This document shows positions 10,289 to 19,596 of a stretch of DNA of 64,000 nt, piece by piece (positions within the stretch are counted from its first letter, which is position 1; every line of letters begins with the position of its first letter). The notes beneath the pieces are model-generated. The model made no database searches, was not told where the DNA came from, and saw nothing but the letters and a program-made list of their open reading frames with translations. Source of the stretch: Allosphingosinicella sp. (GTDB lineage Bacteria; Pseudomonadota; Alphaproteobacteria; Sphingomonadales; Sphingomonadaceae); contig DASQND010000028.1 in the NCBI GenBank assembly GCA_035645215.1, positions 9,241 through 73,240 of the forward strand, read 5' to 3'. The translations under genes were made by a program, and so were the position numbers.

Positions 10289-10579
10289 CTACGGCGCAGA
10301 AACGCCGGATGCCCTCGTGAGAAAAGCGCACAGCTCAAGGACTGCTTCGGGACGAGCCGTATAGGTAACGACGCGGCCTGCCTTCGAGGAAGTGACAAGG
10401 CCAGCTCTCGAGAGGATCGCCAGGTGCGCAGACATGGTGTTTGGGGGAGTGTTTGACTTGGCGGCGATCTCGCCGGCGGAGAGCCCCGTCGGCTGCTGCT
10501 CGGCAAGAATGGTGAAGACGTTCAGGCGGGTCGGTTGGGCGAGTGCACTCATCATCTGCATAGCTGTCATTTTTTCCAT
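10289..10579 (-). CDS. ArsR/SmtB-family transcriptional regulator
   Basis: ALAQPTRLNVF...LSAGEIA...MSAHLAILSRAGLVTS; start at 10579 after an agagg RBS. Confidence 0.9.
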   Translation of the reverse strand: MEKMTAMQMMSALAQPTRLNVFTILAEQQPTGLSAGEIAAKSNTPPNTMSAHLAILSRAGLVTSSKAGRVVTYTARPEAVLELCAFLTRASGVSAP

Positions 10580-10678
10580 ACCTCTAGAATAATCGAACAA
10601 GGGGCTCCGTTCAATGGGCCGATCCCGGATTATCCACGACCACCTTGCATTAAATAAGGTTCGACGTTTCCAGAACCA

Positions 10679-11491
10679 TTGAAATATGGATCGCGACAGA
10701 CTATCTTGGTTTCAGCCGCCCTGCTCTCGTTGCCAAGCGCGCGGCTTGGACCACAGGCGACAATGGAGTTCGCTATGGATGCGATGACCATATCTCGGAC
10801 GACTGCTCCCTGCGCATCGCCGCACGCTAAGAATGCTAGCCCCGCCGATCCGCTGGACGCTGACTCTCCGTTCGATGACGTCGTAATCACCACCAGCCGA
10901 GCCTTGTGCCGGCTGGCGCTAGTGGCGACTGAGACGGGAGCTCGCTTTCAGCGTGAGGCCGAACCACACGATCCAATGGCTTGGCTCTTGGCGCCGCGCC
11001 GGATGTTCGGCGGCTCGACAGCGTTTGAGGCATGCCTTGAACGCGAGCACTTCATGCGAGCCCTGCTACTGCACGGGCTGTCGCTAGGACTGGACGCCGA
11101 TCCAGACGAGATCGACAGCCTTTTAGACGATCCCATAGAAACCCGTGGGACCGGCCGGCGCAGCCGCGGCGGCCCTACCGCTGGCTCGGTAGCCCTGCCG
11201 AGGCTCTACACGGCGAGCGTCCTTCGCTCGACTTCCGGAACCATGCTGCAGGCGTTTCATGCCTCGGTGGCGTCCTCCGTGGATGAGTTCCGGGACAGGC
11301 TTGAAGCAAAGTTCGGTCCGGCCGCTGCTCAAGGTGCGGAAATCGGCACTGGCTTTGACCCTGCAGCGCCGATCGTCCTCGCACTCGTGCCAGCGGCCGT
11401 CGCCAAGGTGCTTCGGAAGGTTGAGCGGGAGAGTGCCACGCCAAAGTACGGCAACTTCGCCGTGACGATCGAGCACCGCCTCCAAGCCTGA
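10679..11491 (+). CDS. Hypothetical protein with a possible Xre/MbcA/ParS-like antitoxin C-terminal motif
   Basis: AWLLAPRRMFGGSTAFEAC segment; true start probably later. Confidence 0.45.
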   Translation: MKYGSRQTILVSAALLSLPSARLGPQATMEFAMDAMTISRTTAPCASPHAKNASPADPLDADSPFDDVVITTSRALCRLALVATETGARFQREAEPHDPMAWLLAPRRMFGGSTAFEACLEREHFMRALLLHGLSLGLDADPDEIDSLLDDPIETRGTGRRSRGGPTAGSVALPRLYTASVLRSTSGTMLQAFHASVASSVDEFRDRLEAKFGPAAAQGAEIGTGFDPAAPIVLALVPAAVAKVLRKVERESATPKYGNFAVTIEHRLQA

Positions 11492-11573
11492 GTTCGTCAC
11501 CTCACTAGAAGAGATGCCCCGCGCTCCGGCTCCCGGAAGGGAACTGCGAGCGCGGGGTCAGGGAGCTTGCGAC

Positions 11574-12458
11574 ATGAGCGATGGAAAACCCAATGGGCAT
11601 CCGCCGCCAGCGGTCATGGAAGACTGCCGGATCCTACGCCGCGTCGATGTCCGCGAGGGGCAGACAGGCGAGGGCAGTCAAGCCGACGCTCCGTTCGTCG
11701 GGATTGCCGTCGACGTTGAGACGACGGGGCTCCTCCATTCTGAAGACCGCATCATCGAACTCGCGCTGAGGCGATTTCGGTATGACCGCAACGGGGTCAT
11801 CACGAACATTGATATTCCGTATGCCTGGCTTGAAGATCCAGGGAGAGCCATCCCCCCGGAAATATCACTGCTAACGGGACTCACCGAAGCTGACGTGAAA
11901 GGGCAATCGATAGATGATGATGAGGCGGTGCGCCTTCTGGGCACCGGAACGCTGATCATTGCCCATCATTCCCGGTTTGACCGCCCCTGGATTGAAGCGC
12001 GCCTGCCCGATGCTGCAGGTCTCGCCTGGGCGTGCACGATGGAGGAGATCGACTGGCGCGCCAGAGGCCTCGAAGGCGGCAAGCTAGGATTTCTCCTGAT
12101 GCAGGCAGGATGGTTCCACGAGGGCCATCGTGCCGGCGCCGACGTGGATGCCGTTATTCAGCTGCTGCAACATCGGTTCGATGATGGCCGCACTGCGCTA
12201 TCTGTTTTGACGGAGAAGGCGGCGCAGCCAAGCTGGATTGTCCGCGCGGTCGGCGCAGACTTCAGCGTCAAGGATCTACTGCGCGGTCGCGGCTACCGCT
12301 GGGATGCAGACCGCAAGGTCTGGTGGCGCGAGGTGGCCGACGAGGATCGCACGCGCGAGGAGTTCTGGTTGGCGGCGAACGTCTACGCAGTGCACGCGAA
12401 TCCGAAGGCGCTGGGCCCCAGTATCGAAGAAGTATCTGCCTTCACGAGGTTCCAATGA
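11574..12458 (+). CDS. DEDDh 3'-5' exonuclease (DnaQ/epsilon-like)
   Basis: VDVETTGL, AHHSRFD, HRAGADVD motifs. Confidence 0.9.
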   Translation: MSDGKPNGHPPPAVMEDCRILRRVDVREGQTGEGSQADAPFVGIAVDVETTGLLHSEDRIIELALRRFRYDRNGVITNIDIPYAWLEDPGRAIPPEISLLTGLTEADVKGQSIDDDEAVRLLGTGTLIIAHHSRFDRPWIEARLPDAAGLAWACTMEEIDWRARGLEGGKLGFLLMQAGWFHEGHRAGADVDAVIQLLQHRFDDGRTALSVLTEKAAQPSWIVRAVGADFSVKDLLRGRGYRWDADRKVWWREVADEDRTREEFWLAANVYAVHANPKALGPSIEEVSAFTRFQ

Positions 12459-12570
12459 CCTTCGTTTTCCTCACCGGACGGCGCTTGGCGCCGAGGACTT
12501 ACCGAGTGCCAAACCCGGGTGTCCGTGCGGAGCATGTGGACGTGGTTGGCTTTGCTGAGAGGAGCTGGCC

Positions 12571-13188
12571 GTGAAGCATCCTTTGCGTTTGCTCATCCAT
12601 GTGCCGCTCCGCGAGAAGCGGGACTTCAGGCAGATGCTGGTGGGGTTCAAACACGCCCTGTGCGTGAGTGAAGTCGGCGAGGTGATGTCGTATGACCTTC
12701 TGCCATCCTTCAAGCCTCGGAAGGGGCAGGAGCACCGCCTCATCAGCCATCTAGCTGAGCAACTGGAGCAAGGCTGGACGTTAGCGGTGTGGGATGTTGA
12801 GAGGCTCTTGCGAGAGCTCGAGCGCATTGTCGCTGACGTCGGTATCGATCGCCCGGTAGTGAAGGCTGCTGTTGATGAGGCTTGGCGCGCGATTTCAGCT
12901 GCTGACGAAGAGCAGATCGTCGACCTGAAGGCCTTCGAAAAGCTTCCGAATGGTCATTTTATAGCTATGGTAGCCTTCCGTGAGGACTTCGATTACGATT
13001 CATTGCCGCCTCGCCGCCGTCGGCGGTTGATAGCCTATAGTAGGCCCAGCCGACCTGTTTGCGAGGACTTCTGGGGAGTCCTACATTATTTTCTAATGAA
13101 ACGGTCCGACGCTGCGCGCGCCCGGAGCGCGTATGAGCGGTGGGTAAAATGCAATCGTCCGCGGCCTCCTCGCGGGGATGTAATTTGA
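12571..13188 (+). CDS. Hypothetical protein
   Basis: 205 aa ORF co-oriented between the exonuclease and the AddB-like gene. Confidence 0.55.
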   Translation: MKHPLRLLIHVPLREKRDFRQMLVGFKHALCVSEVGEVMSYDLLPSFKPRKGQEHRLISHLAEQLEQGWTLAVWDVERLLRELERIVADVGIDRPVVKAAVDEAWRAISAADEEQIVDLKAFEKLPNGHFIAMVAFREDFDYDSLPPRRRRRLIAYSRPSRPVCEDFWGVLHYFLMKRSDAARARSAYERWVKCNRPRPPRGDVI

Positions 13189-13396
13189 TGAGCGTAGCCC
13201 TAGAAATCGTCAGCCTAAGCGAAGCGTGCTGTCATGCAGGATCCTCTGCACCTTTGCTTTGCACTCAGCGTCGGTAGTGCAGCATGCCGTACGCCCGTGT
13301 GTCGGTCGGATCGAATGATCATGCCCGTTGTCGCAGCAATATGCTGCCAGTACCACGTATCGGCCGTGCAAGAGGCTTTTGGTTGACGAGGGAAGC

Positions 13397-16045
13397 ATGC
13401 AGCGAAAAACATACGTAACGCACGGTCGGCTGGCGGCGCGAGAGGTCCGACTCCGAGCGGCGGCAGAGCGAGCGCATGGCACGCAGGTCATGTCCTTCGA
13501 GCAGCTCGTCGCCCGCCTCGCTGGCGGCTTCTGCGACCCGATCGACACCGAGACTCTGCGCCAGACGATCAGGGCAGTCCTTCCTGAAACGGCCTTGGGG
13601 GAACTGGACGGCATTAAGGAACTTCCGGGGTTCGCAGGAGCCGCGGCCGAGACCTTGCGCAAGGCATGGCGGAGCGGCCTTTGTCTTTCGGAGATCAAGG
13701 TTTACCATCCGCGCCTCGCCGCCCTGGAAGCGCTCGAGCGCGCGGTCTTTGAGCGGCTTCCTCCGGCGGCAAAGGTGCCGGCGCAGCTCGTTCAGCTCGC
13801 GCGCGAGCGCCTTGCGCATGCGCCAGCCATCCTCGGCAGCGTGGACATCGTAGGGATCAGCGAGTTGTCGCCTTGCTGGCGCGATCTTCTCGGAGAGCTT
13901 GCCCAAGTTGTGCCCGTCAACTGGCATGCCGGCCCTCGGCCGGTTCCGGAATGGCTCGCCGGCACTGCCGTGAACGTCACGACGGCAGAAAGTACGAGCC
14001 CTGCGGTATCGGCGGTCAGCGCGGCCACCGAGGTGCATGAAGCGGTGGAGGCCCTCCGCTGGGCGAGGGAGCTCGTCGCTTCCGGCCGCGCGCGTCCGGA
14101 AGAGATTGGAATCGCCGCGACATCGCCGGCCGCATACGACGACACGCTGCTCGCGCTCCGCTCCGACGCCAATCTCGACCTCGCCTTTGTGCACGGTATT
14201 CCGATTACCGCCACGCGCGACGGCCAGTGCGCCGCCGCGCTCGCGGAAGCGGTGTTGCGGGGGCCGTCGCAGGCTCGTCTGCGGCGACTGGCGCAGCTGG
14301 CCACTTCGCCCGGCACGCTGCTGGGGCGTCTTCCCGAGGGCTGGCTGCGAGTGCTGCCTCCGGATGCGCCCCTTGCGACCCGAGCAGCGTGGGAGCGGCT
14401 GCTGCGCCGCCTTCGCCCTGCCGACTGGCCGGATGGGAAGGACCACGGCTCGTTGCTGCGGGAGGCGGTGGAGCGCCTGCTTGCCGGGCCTGATGCCGCG
14501 GCTGATGCGGGCGAGGCTCTGCTTCGCGGGGGCGCACTTCGAATCTGGAGGAAGGCCTTGCTGATCGGCCATCCGGCGGCCTTGGATTCGACCATCGCGA
14601 CGCTGAGGCAGGACGATGGCCTTGAGGCTTGCAGGAGCGTTGCCTGGATGCCTGCCGCTGCGCTTGCCGCGTCTCCGCGCCCGTTCGTGCGGCTGCTGGG
14701 CCTTACTTCATCCGGGTGGCCCCGGCGGATTTCCGAAGATCGGCTGCTGCCGGACCATATTGTGCCGTCGGCTCAGCTTGAGCCGCTGACGGTCGCAATG
14801 GCGGACCGTCGCGACTACGAAACGATCCTTGCAACGACCGTCGGTGAGATCGTGCTTTCGCGTGCCCGCCGCGATGCGGACGGACGGCTCCTGGGGCGCA
14901 GCCCGATGACCAGGGGGCAGGGGGAGACGTATCTTCGGCGCAACCGCACGCCAGCACATGTGATGAGCGAGACGGATCGGCTCGTCGCGCGTCCCGAGGA
15001 GTTTGCGGGCAGTGAGATCGCCCGCTCGGTTGCCGGTTGCTGGAGCGACTGGCAATCCCGCGCGCTGACGGGGCATGACGGACTCGTCCGTGCGGAACAC
15101 CCGGCACTGCTCGCGGCGCTGGCGCGGGTGCAGTCCGCCAATTCGCTGGCGCTACTTCTGCGCAATCCGCTGGGCTTCGCTTGGCGGTACGCCTTGCGCA
15201 TTGAGACCAGCGAAGCGCCCGTGGAACCTATCGTGCTTGGTCCGCTCCAGACGGGCACACTGGTGCACGAGCTTCTGGATGAGACGGTGCGTGCGTTGGA
15301 GGCGGCTGAAGGACTTGCGACCGCCTCGCCGGAGCGCGTGGCGCACGAGCTCCGGGAGGCCTGCGGCCGAGTAGCCCGTCGCTGGGAGGAAGAGCGGCCA
15401 ACGCCCCCAGCGCTCGTTTGGCGTCAGACGCTGGCGGACCTTTCCGGCGTGGCCGCTGCCGCTTTGGCGGCAGCGCAGGCGCCGCTTGAGGGGCAGCGCT
15501 CCTTTACCGAAGTGCCTTTCGGGGGCCAGGAGCCTCAACACGATGCTGCTGCTCCATGGGACCCGTCGTTGCCCGTCGAGGTACCGAACACGCCCTTTCG
15601 AGTGCGAGGGTCAATCGACCGCCTGGACCTTTCCGCATCCGGCAGGGAAGCCAGGGTCATCGACTACAAGACTGGCCGATTGCCCCGCGATGAGGTCGTG
15701 CTCGGCGGCGGCAAGGAGCTCCAGCGGTGCCTTTACGCCTATGCCGTCGGCGTTCTGATTGGCGAAGACGTGCAGGTGGAGGCCGCTCTCGATTATGTCC
15801 GCGCGGGAGAACGACGGCCACTGCCCGACCCTCCGGCTACACTTGCCGTCCTCGCAGAGCATTTACGCGCCGCCTATGAGAGCTTGTCTGCCGGGCGGGC
15901 GCTGCCGGGGCCGGACGCCGCTGGTGACTATGACGATCTCGCCTTCGCGCTGCCGGCGAATGCGGCCAACGGTTATTGCAGCCGTAAGGCCACCGCGGTG
16001 GAGGCTGCTCTCGGACCGGCCGCTCTGATCTGGGAGGAACAATGA
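13397..16045 (+). CDS. AddB-like protein: inactive helicase fold plus PD-(D/E)XK nuclease
   Basis: RGSIDRLD...VIDYKTG...ELQRCLY nuclease motifs; no Walker A; start 13397 after a gaggg RBS. Confidence 0.8.
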   Translation: MQRKTYVTHGRLAAREVRLRAAAERAHGTQVMSFEQLVARLAGGFCDPIDTETLRQTIRAVLPETALGELDGIKELPGFAGAAAETLRKAWRSGLCLSEIKVYHPRLAALEALERAVFERLPPAAKVPAQLVQLARERLAHAPAILGSVDIVGISELSPCWRDLLGELAQVVPVNWHAGPRPVPEWLAGTAVNVTTAESTSPAVSAVSAATEVHEAVEALRWARELVASGRARPEEIGIAATSPAAYDDTLLALRSDANLDLAFVHGIPITATRDGQCAAALAEAVLRGPSQARLRRLAQLATSPGTLLGRLPEGWLRVLPPDAPLATRAAWERLLRRLRPADWPDGKDHGSLLREAVERLLAGPDAAADAGEALLRGGALRIWRKALLIGHPAALDSTIATLRQDDGLEACRSVAWMPAAALAASPRPFVRLLGLTSSGWPRRISEDRLLPDHIVPSAQLEPLTVAMADRRDYETILATTVGEIVLSRARRDADGRLLGRSPMTRGQGETYLRRNRTPAHVMSETDRLVARPEEFAGSEIARSVAGCWSDWQSRALTGHDGLVRAEHPALLAALARVQSANSLALLLRNPLGFAWRYALRIETSEAPVEPIVLGPLQTGTLVHELLDETVRALEAAEGLATASPERVAHELREACGRVARRWEEERPTPPALVWRQTLADLSGVAAAALAAAQAPLEGQRSFTEVPFGGQEPQHDAAAPWDPSLPVEVPNTPFRVRGSIDRLDLSASGREARVIDYKTGRLPRDEVVLGGGKELQRCLYAYAVGVLIGEDVQVEAALDYVRAGERRPLPDPPATLAVLAEHLRAAYESLSAGRALPGPDAAGDYDDLAFALPANAANGYCSRKATAVEAALGPAALIWEEQ

Positions 16046-19000
16046 TGACTACCCCGGCCGCTCCGCTTGCGGATGAGGCTGCCCGTGTCGCAGCGATGAC
16101 CTCCCATGACCGCTCGCTCTTAGTCGAGGCCGGAGCGGGTTCAGGCAAAACGGCGGTAATGGCAGGACGGGTCGCGCTGCTGCTGGCTGGCGGGGTGGAG
16201 CCTCGATCGATTGCCGCGATCACTTTCACGGAACTCGCCGCGAGCGAGCTGTTGGCGCGCGTCCGCGATTTCGTGGACGCCCTGGTCGACGGAGACGTTC
16301 CGGTGGAACTCCGGCCTGCTCTCCCCGAAGGACTTTCGGCGGCGCAGCGCGATGCACTCGAAATCGCGTGCCGGAATATCGACGAGATCACCTGCTCTAC
16401 CATCCACGGCTTCTGCCAGCGCTTGGTCAAGCCTTACCCTGTCGAAGCCGACATTGACCCTGGCGCCGGCCTACTCGACTCGATCGAAGCCGACCTTCTG
16501 TTTGAGGACGTAGTTGACGATTGGCTTCGGGAAAATCTCGGCGGTGCGGAAGGGACCTTGCTCGCCGAGCTTGTCTATCGCAGCCCGAACCGGGCCGTGA
16601 CGCTGGTGAAGCGGTCCGCTGCGGTGCTTCGTGACCATCGTGATGCCTGCGCTCCGCCAGCGGAGGCGATCCCGCCGCTGGTCGAGGCGTTCAGGACTGC
16701 CGCCGCGGACTTCGAGTCATTCGTAGAATCCGCCGCTGCCCAGGAGGAAGAGAGTGTCCGGGTTGCCGAATGCTTCGCCGAGATGGCAGGAGCCATTGCC
16801 GAAGCCGCGGCGGCGGGAGAGCCAGCGGCCTTGGTTCGCATTCTGACCAGCCAGGCCGCGCCGGAGCTTTGCACGACCAGCGGAAGCTTCCGCAAATATC
16901 AGAAAAAGGGGAAGTGGCAGGCGGCAGCCAAGGCGGCGGGTCTGTCCAAAACGGATGCCGAAACACTAAACGCCCAAGCCGATGCCCTCAATACGGCTTG
17001 CTGTCAAAGCTGGTCGCACCTGCTCGAAGCCGCCGCCGGGCAGGTGCTGCACGAGTTGCTGAATCTCGCACGCCCGATCGCGGATCGCTACCGTGAACGC
17101 AAGCGTATCGCGGCGTATCTCGACTTCGACGACCTGATCATCTCTGCCCGCAATCTTCTGCGAGGGCATTCCGAAGTCCGTCTCGCGCTGTCGCAGCGGT
17201 TCCGTCATCTGCTGGTCGACGAGTTCCAGGACACAGATCCCGACCAGACGGAGATCTTCTGGAGGCTATGCGGCGACCCGACTTTGGGCGAGGACGCGGA
17301 CTGGCGGACCTTCGCCATCAGACCTGGCGCGCTGTTCCTGGTGGGAGACCCGAAGCAGGCCATCTATCGGTTCCGCGGTGCCGATGTCGCCGCCTACCTC
17401 GAGGCGAGGGATGCTTTTCTCAAACGCAGTCCCGACGACGTCCTCTCTATCTCCACGAATTTCCGGTCCTGCGGGTCGATCCTCACCTTCGTCAACGAGT
17501 GCTTTGAGCCTCATCTCTCCGCCGACGGTCAGCCCGGCTTCACGAGCTTGGACCCGTTCCACCCCGACCGGGAGCCGGGGCCCTGCGTTGCCGCTTTGGA
17601 CGTCGCGTGCGGGAACGAAGAAGGTAAGGCGAGTTCGGAAACGCAGCGTGACTGCGAGGCCGAGGCTGTGGCGGAGCTCTGCGCACGGCTGATTGGCAGC
17701 CACAGTATCACGGACCGCCGGGCCGGCGGCACTCGCCCTTGCCGCCCGGGTGACATCGCGCTGCTGGCACCCACCGGCGCCGAGCTCTGGCGCTATGAGG
17801 AGGCGCTGGAACGGCACGGAGTGCCCGTCTCCACCCAGGCCGGGAAGGGACTCTACCGGCGGCAGGAGATACAGGACCTTATCGCGATTACTCGCGTGCT
17901 GGCGGACGGCCGCGACCGCCTGGCATTGGCTGCGCTGCTGCGCGGCCCGCTGGTCGGGCTGACGGAGGAACAGCTGCTCGACATCGTATGGACGCAGCCG
18001 CGCGAGCCGGGACAGCCGGATGTCCCAGCTAGGCTTGGCGTCCATGTGGATCTTGAGCATGTCCAGGATTCGCATGCGCGGGATGTTCTCGGCAAGCTCC
18101 AGATGCTTCGAATGCGCATCAATTCGACGACGCCGCACGAGCTCCTGTCGGAGGCCGTCGACGTGCTTCGAGTGCGACCGATCCTGGTGCAGAGGCACGG
18201 CCGGCAGGCCGAGCGACCTCTTGCCAATGTCGACCTGTTCCTTTCCCTGGCACGACCCTATGCGGTGCGGGGGCTGCGCGCCTTTTCGGATGCGATGCGC
18301 GCGGCGTGGGAGGATGGCAGTCGTGCGCCCGAAGGGCGGCCCGATGCCCAGGAGGAGGCGGTAGCGCTCTACACTATCCACGCGTCGAAGGGCCTGGAGT
18401 GGGCAGTGGTCGTCCCTATCAACACCATGACGAAGGTGACCAATTTCGACGACCCAATCGTGGAGCGTGGAACCGGAAGGGTGTTCATGCCGGTCATGGG
18501 CGTAGCGCCCCCTGGGTATGACGTAGTTCGGGATGCTGAGCTGCGGGAGCTGGAGCGAGAGCGGGAACGGCTTTGGTACGTCGCCGCCACTCGTGCGCGC
18601 GAGCTTCTCGTCCTACCGCGGCTCGACGTGGCGCCGGCCAAGGGGAGCTGGGGCCAACTGGTCGATCTTCGGCTTGGCGAGATCGCTGCGATCGACGCCT
18701 CCGCGTTGCCTGCTGGGTTTGATCCTGCCGCGACCGACCTGCCCAATTCTCAGACGCGCGAGCAGTTTGCGGCTGAGGCGGCAGCGGTAATGGCGGCGAC
18801 GCGCCCCTTGACCTGGCGTGCGCCCAGCCGCGACGAGAGTCCGGCGTCCCCGCTCTCCGTAACGCCTGAGCCTTGGATAACGAGTGGCGAGGATGCTTCA
18901 GCGGAGTCTCCGGCCCCCGTTCAGGGAGGCCGACTCCGCGGCCTGATCATCCACAAGCTCATCGAGGAAATGCTGACAGGCGAGCTCGGGGAGGAGCCGC

Positions 19001-19404
19001 AATCGGTGGTCGAACGCGCCGCGGCTCTGATCAAGGAAACTGGCGCTGTAGCGGAGGACGATCCTGCTTCGGGACTAAATCCGATTGAGCTTGCAGGCTG
19101 CGTGGCGCGCGCGATGGCCCTTCCGGACATCTCGGCCGTGCGGTCTCGGCTTGTGCCGGAGCTTTCGATTTATGCATCAGAGGGCGGAGATACTGTCGCC
19201 GTCCACGGCATCGCCGACGCGGTCGCCGTCGGCGACGATGGCGCCGCGGTCCTCGTGATAGACTGGAAAAGCGACGTGGCACCGGCCGACGAGGCGATCG
19301 ACCACTACCGCCGACAGGTGGACAGCTATCGTAGGCTCGTTGGGGCGCCACGCGGCTTGGTGGTATTCGTTACAACGGGCCGGGTGGAAGCCGTCGGCGG
19401 CTAG
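16042..19404 (+). CDS. AddA-like UvrD helicase with a C-terminal nuclease
   Basis: EAGAGSGKT, ITFTELAA, VDEFQDT, VGDPKQAIYRFRGAD, STNFRS, TIHASKGLEW, YVAATRAR; HGIAD...IDWKS. Confidence 0.9.
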   Translation: MMTTPAAPLADEAARVAAMTSHDRSLLVEAGAGSGKTAVMAGRVALLLAGGVEPRSIAAITFTELAASELLARVRDFVDALVDGDVPVELRPALPEGLSAAQRDALEIACRNIDEITCSTIHGFCQRLVKPYPVEADIDPGAGLLDSIEADLLFEDVVDDWLRENLGGAEGTLLAELVYRSPNRAVTLVKRSAAVLRDHRDACAPPAEAIPPLVEAFRTAAADFESFVESAAAQEEESVRVAECFAEMAGAIAEAAAAGEPAALVRILTSQAAPELCTTSGSFRKYQKKGKWQAAAKAAGLSKTDAETLNAQADALNTACCQSWSHLLEAAAGQVLHELLNLARPIADRYRERKRIAAYLDFDDLIISARNLLRGHSEVRLALSQRFRHLLVDEFQDTDPDQTEIFWRLCGDPTLGEDADWRTFAIRPGALFLVGDPKQAIYRFRGADVAAYLEARDAFLKRSPDDVLSISTNFRSCGSILTFVNECFEPHLSADGQPGFTSLDPFHPDREPGPCVAALDVACGNEEGKASSETQRDCEAEAVAELCARLIGSHSITDRRAGGTRPCRPGDIALLAPTGAELWRYEEALERHGVPVSTQAGKGLYRRQEIQDLIAITRVLADGRDRLALAALLRGPLVGLTEEQLLDIVWTQPREPGQPDVPARLGVHVDLEHVQDSHARDVLGKLQMLRMRINSTTPHELLSEAVDVLRVRPILVQRHGRQAERPLANVDLFLSLARPYAVRGLRAFSDAMRAAWEDGSRAPEGRPDAQEEAVALYTIHASKGLEWAVVVPINTMTKVTNFDDPIVERGTGRVFMPVMGVAPPGYDVVRDAELRELERERERLWYVAATRARELLVLPRLDVAPAKGSWGQLVDLRLGEIAAIDASALPAGFDPAATDLPNSQTREQFAAEAAAVMAATRPLTWRAPSRDESPASPLSVTPEPWITSGEDASAESPAPVQGGRLRGLIIHKLIEEMLTGELGEEPQSVVERAAALIKETGAVAEDDPASGLNPIELAGCVARAMALPDISAVRSRLVPELSIYASEGGDTVAVHGIADAVAVGDDGAAVLVIDWKSDVAPADEAIDHYRRQVDSYRRLVGAPRGLVVFVTTGRVEAVGG

Positions 19405-19414
19405 CCGCTCAGCC

Positions 19415-19443
19415 CCGGATCTGGTTCAGCTCATCAGATCCGG
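19415..19443. terminator. Possible hairpin between convergent genes
   Basis: ccggatctg-N11-cagatccgg; no clear U-tract. Confidence 0.3.
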
Positions 19444-19596
19444 ATCACCTATCCGAATTACTCCCATCCTTCACTGGAGGAGAACGTGGTTTATGACAAC
19501 GACAGCCCGGGAATGCAGCTTCTCAAAAGCGTGTTACACAGATTTCAGTTTACATTTTCACCTTAATAGCTTGATGACGTTGCCGGCGACGTGCGT

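Noticed and set aside
10619-10635. Partial match to site B upstream of arsR (GATAATCCGGGATC on the minus strand)
   Set aside because: 12/17 identity, no TTATG arm, no embedded start codon and no inverted partner.
13319-19351. Long antisense and alternate-frame ORFs over the addAB-like genes and other large genes
   Set aside because: Shadow ORFs caused by high GC and codon bias.
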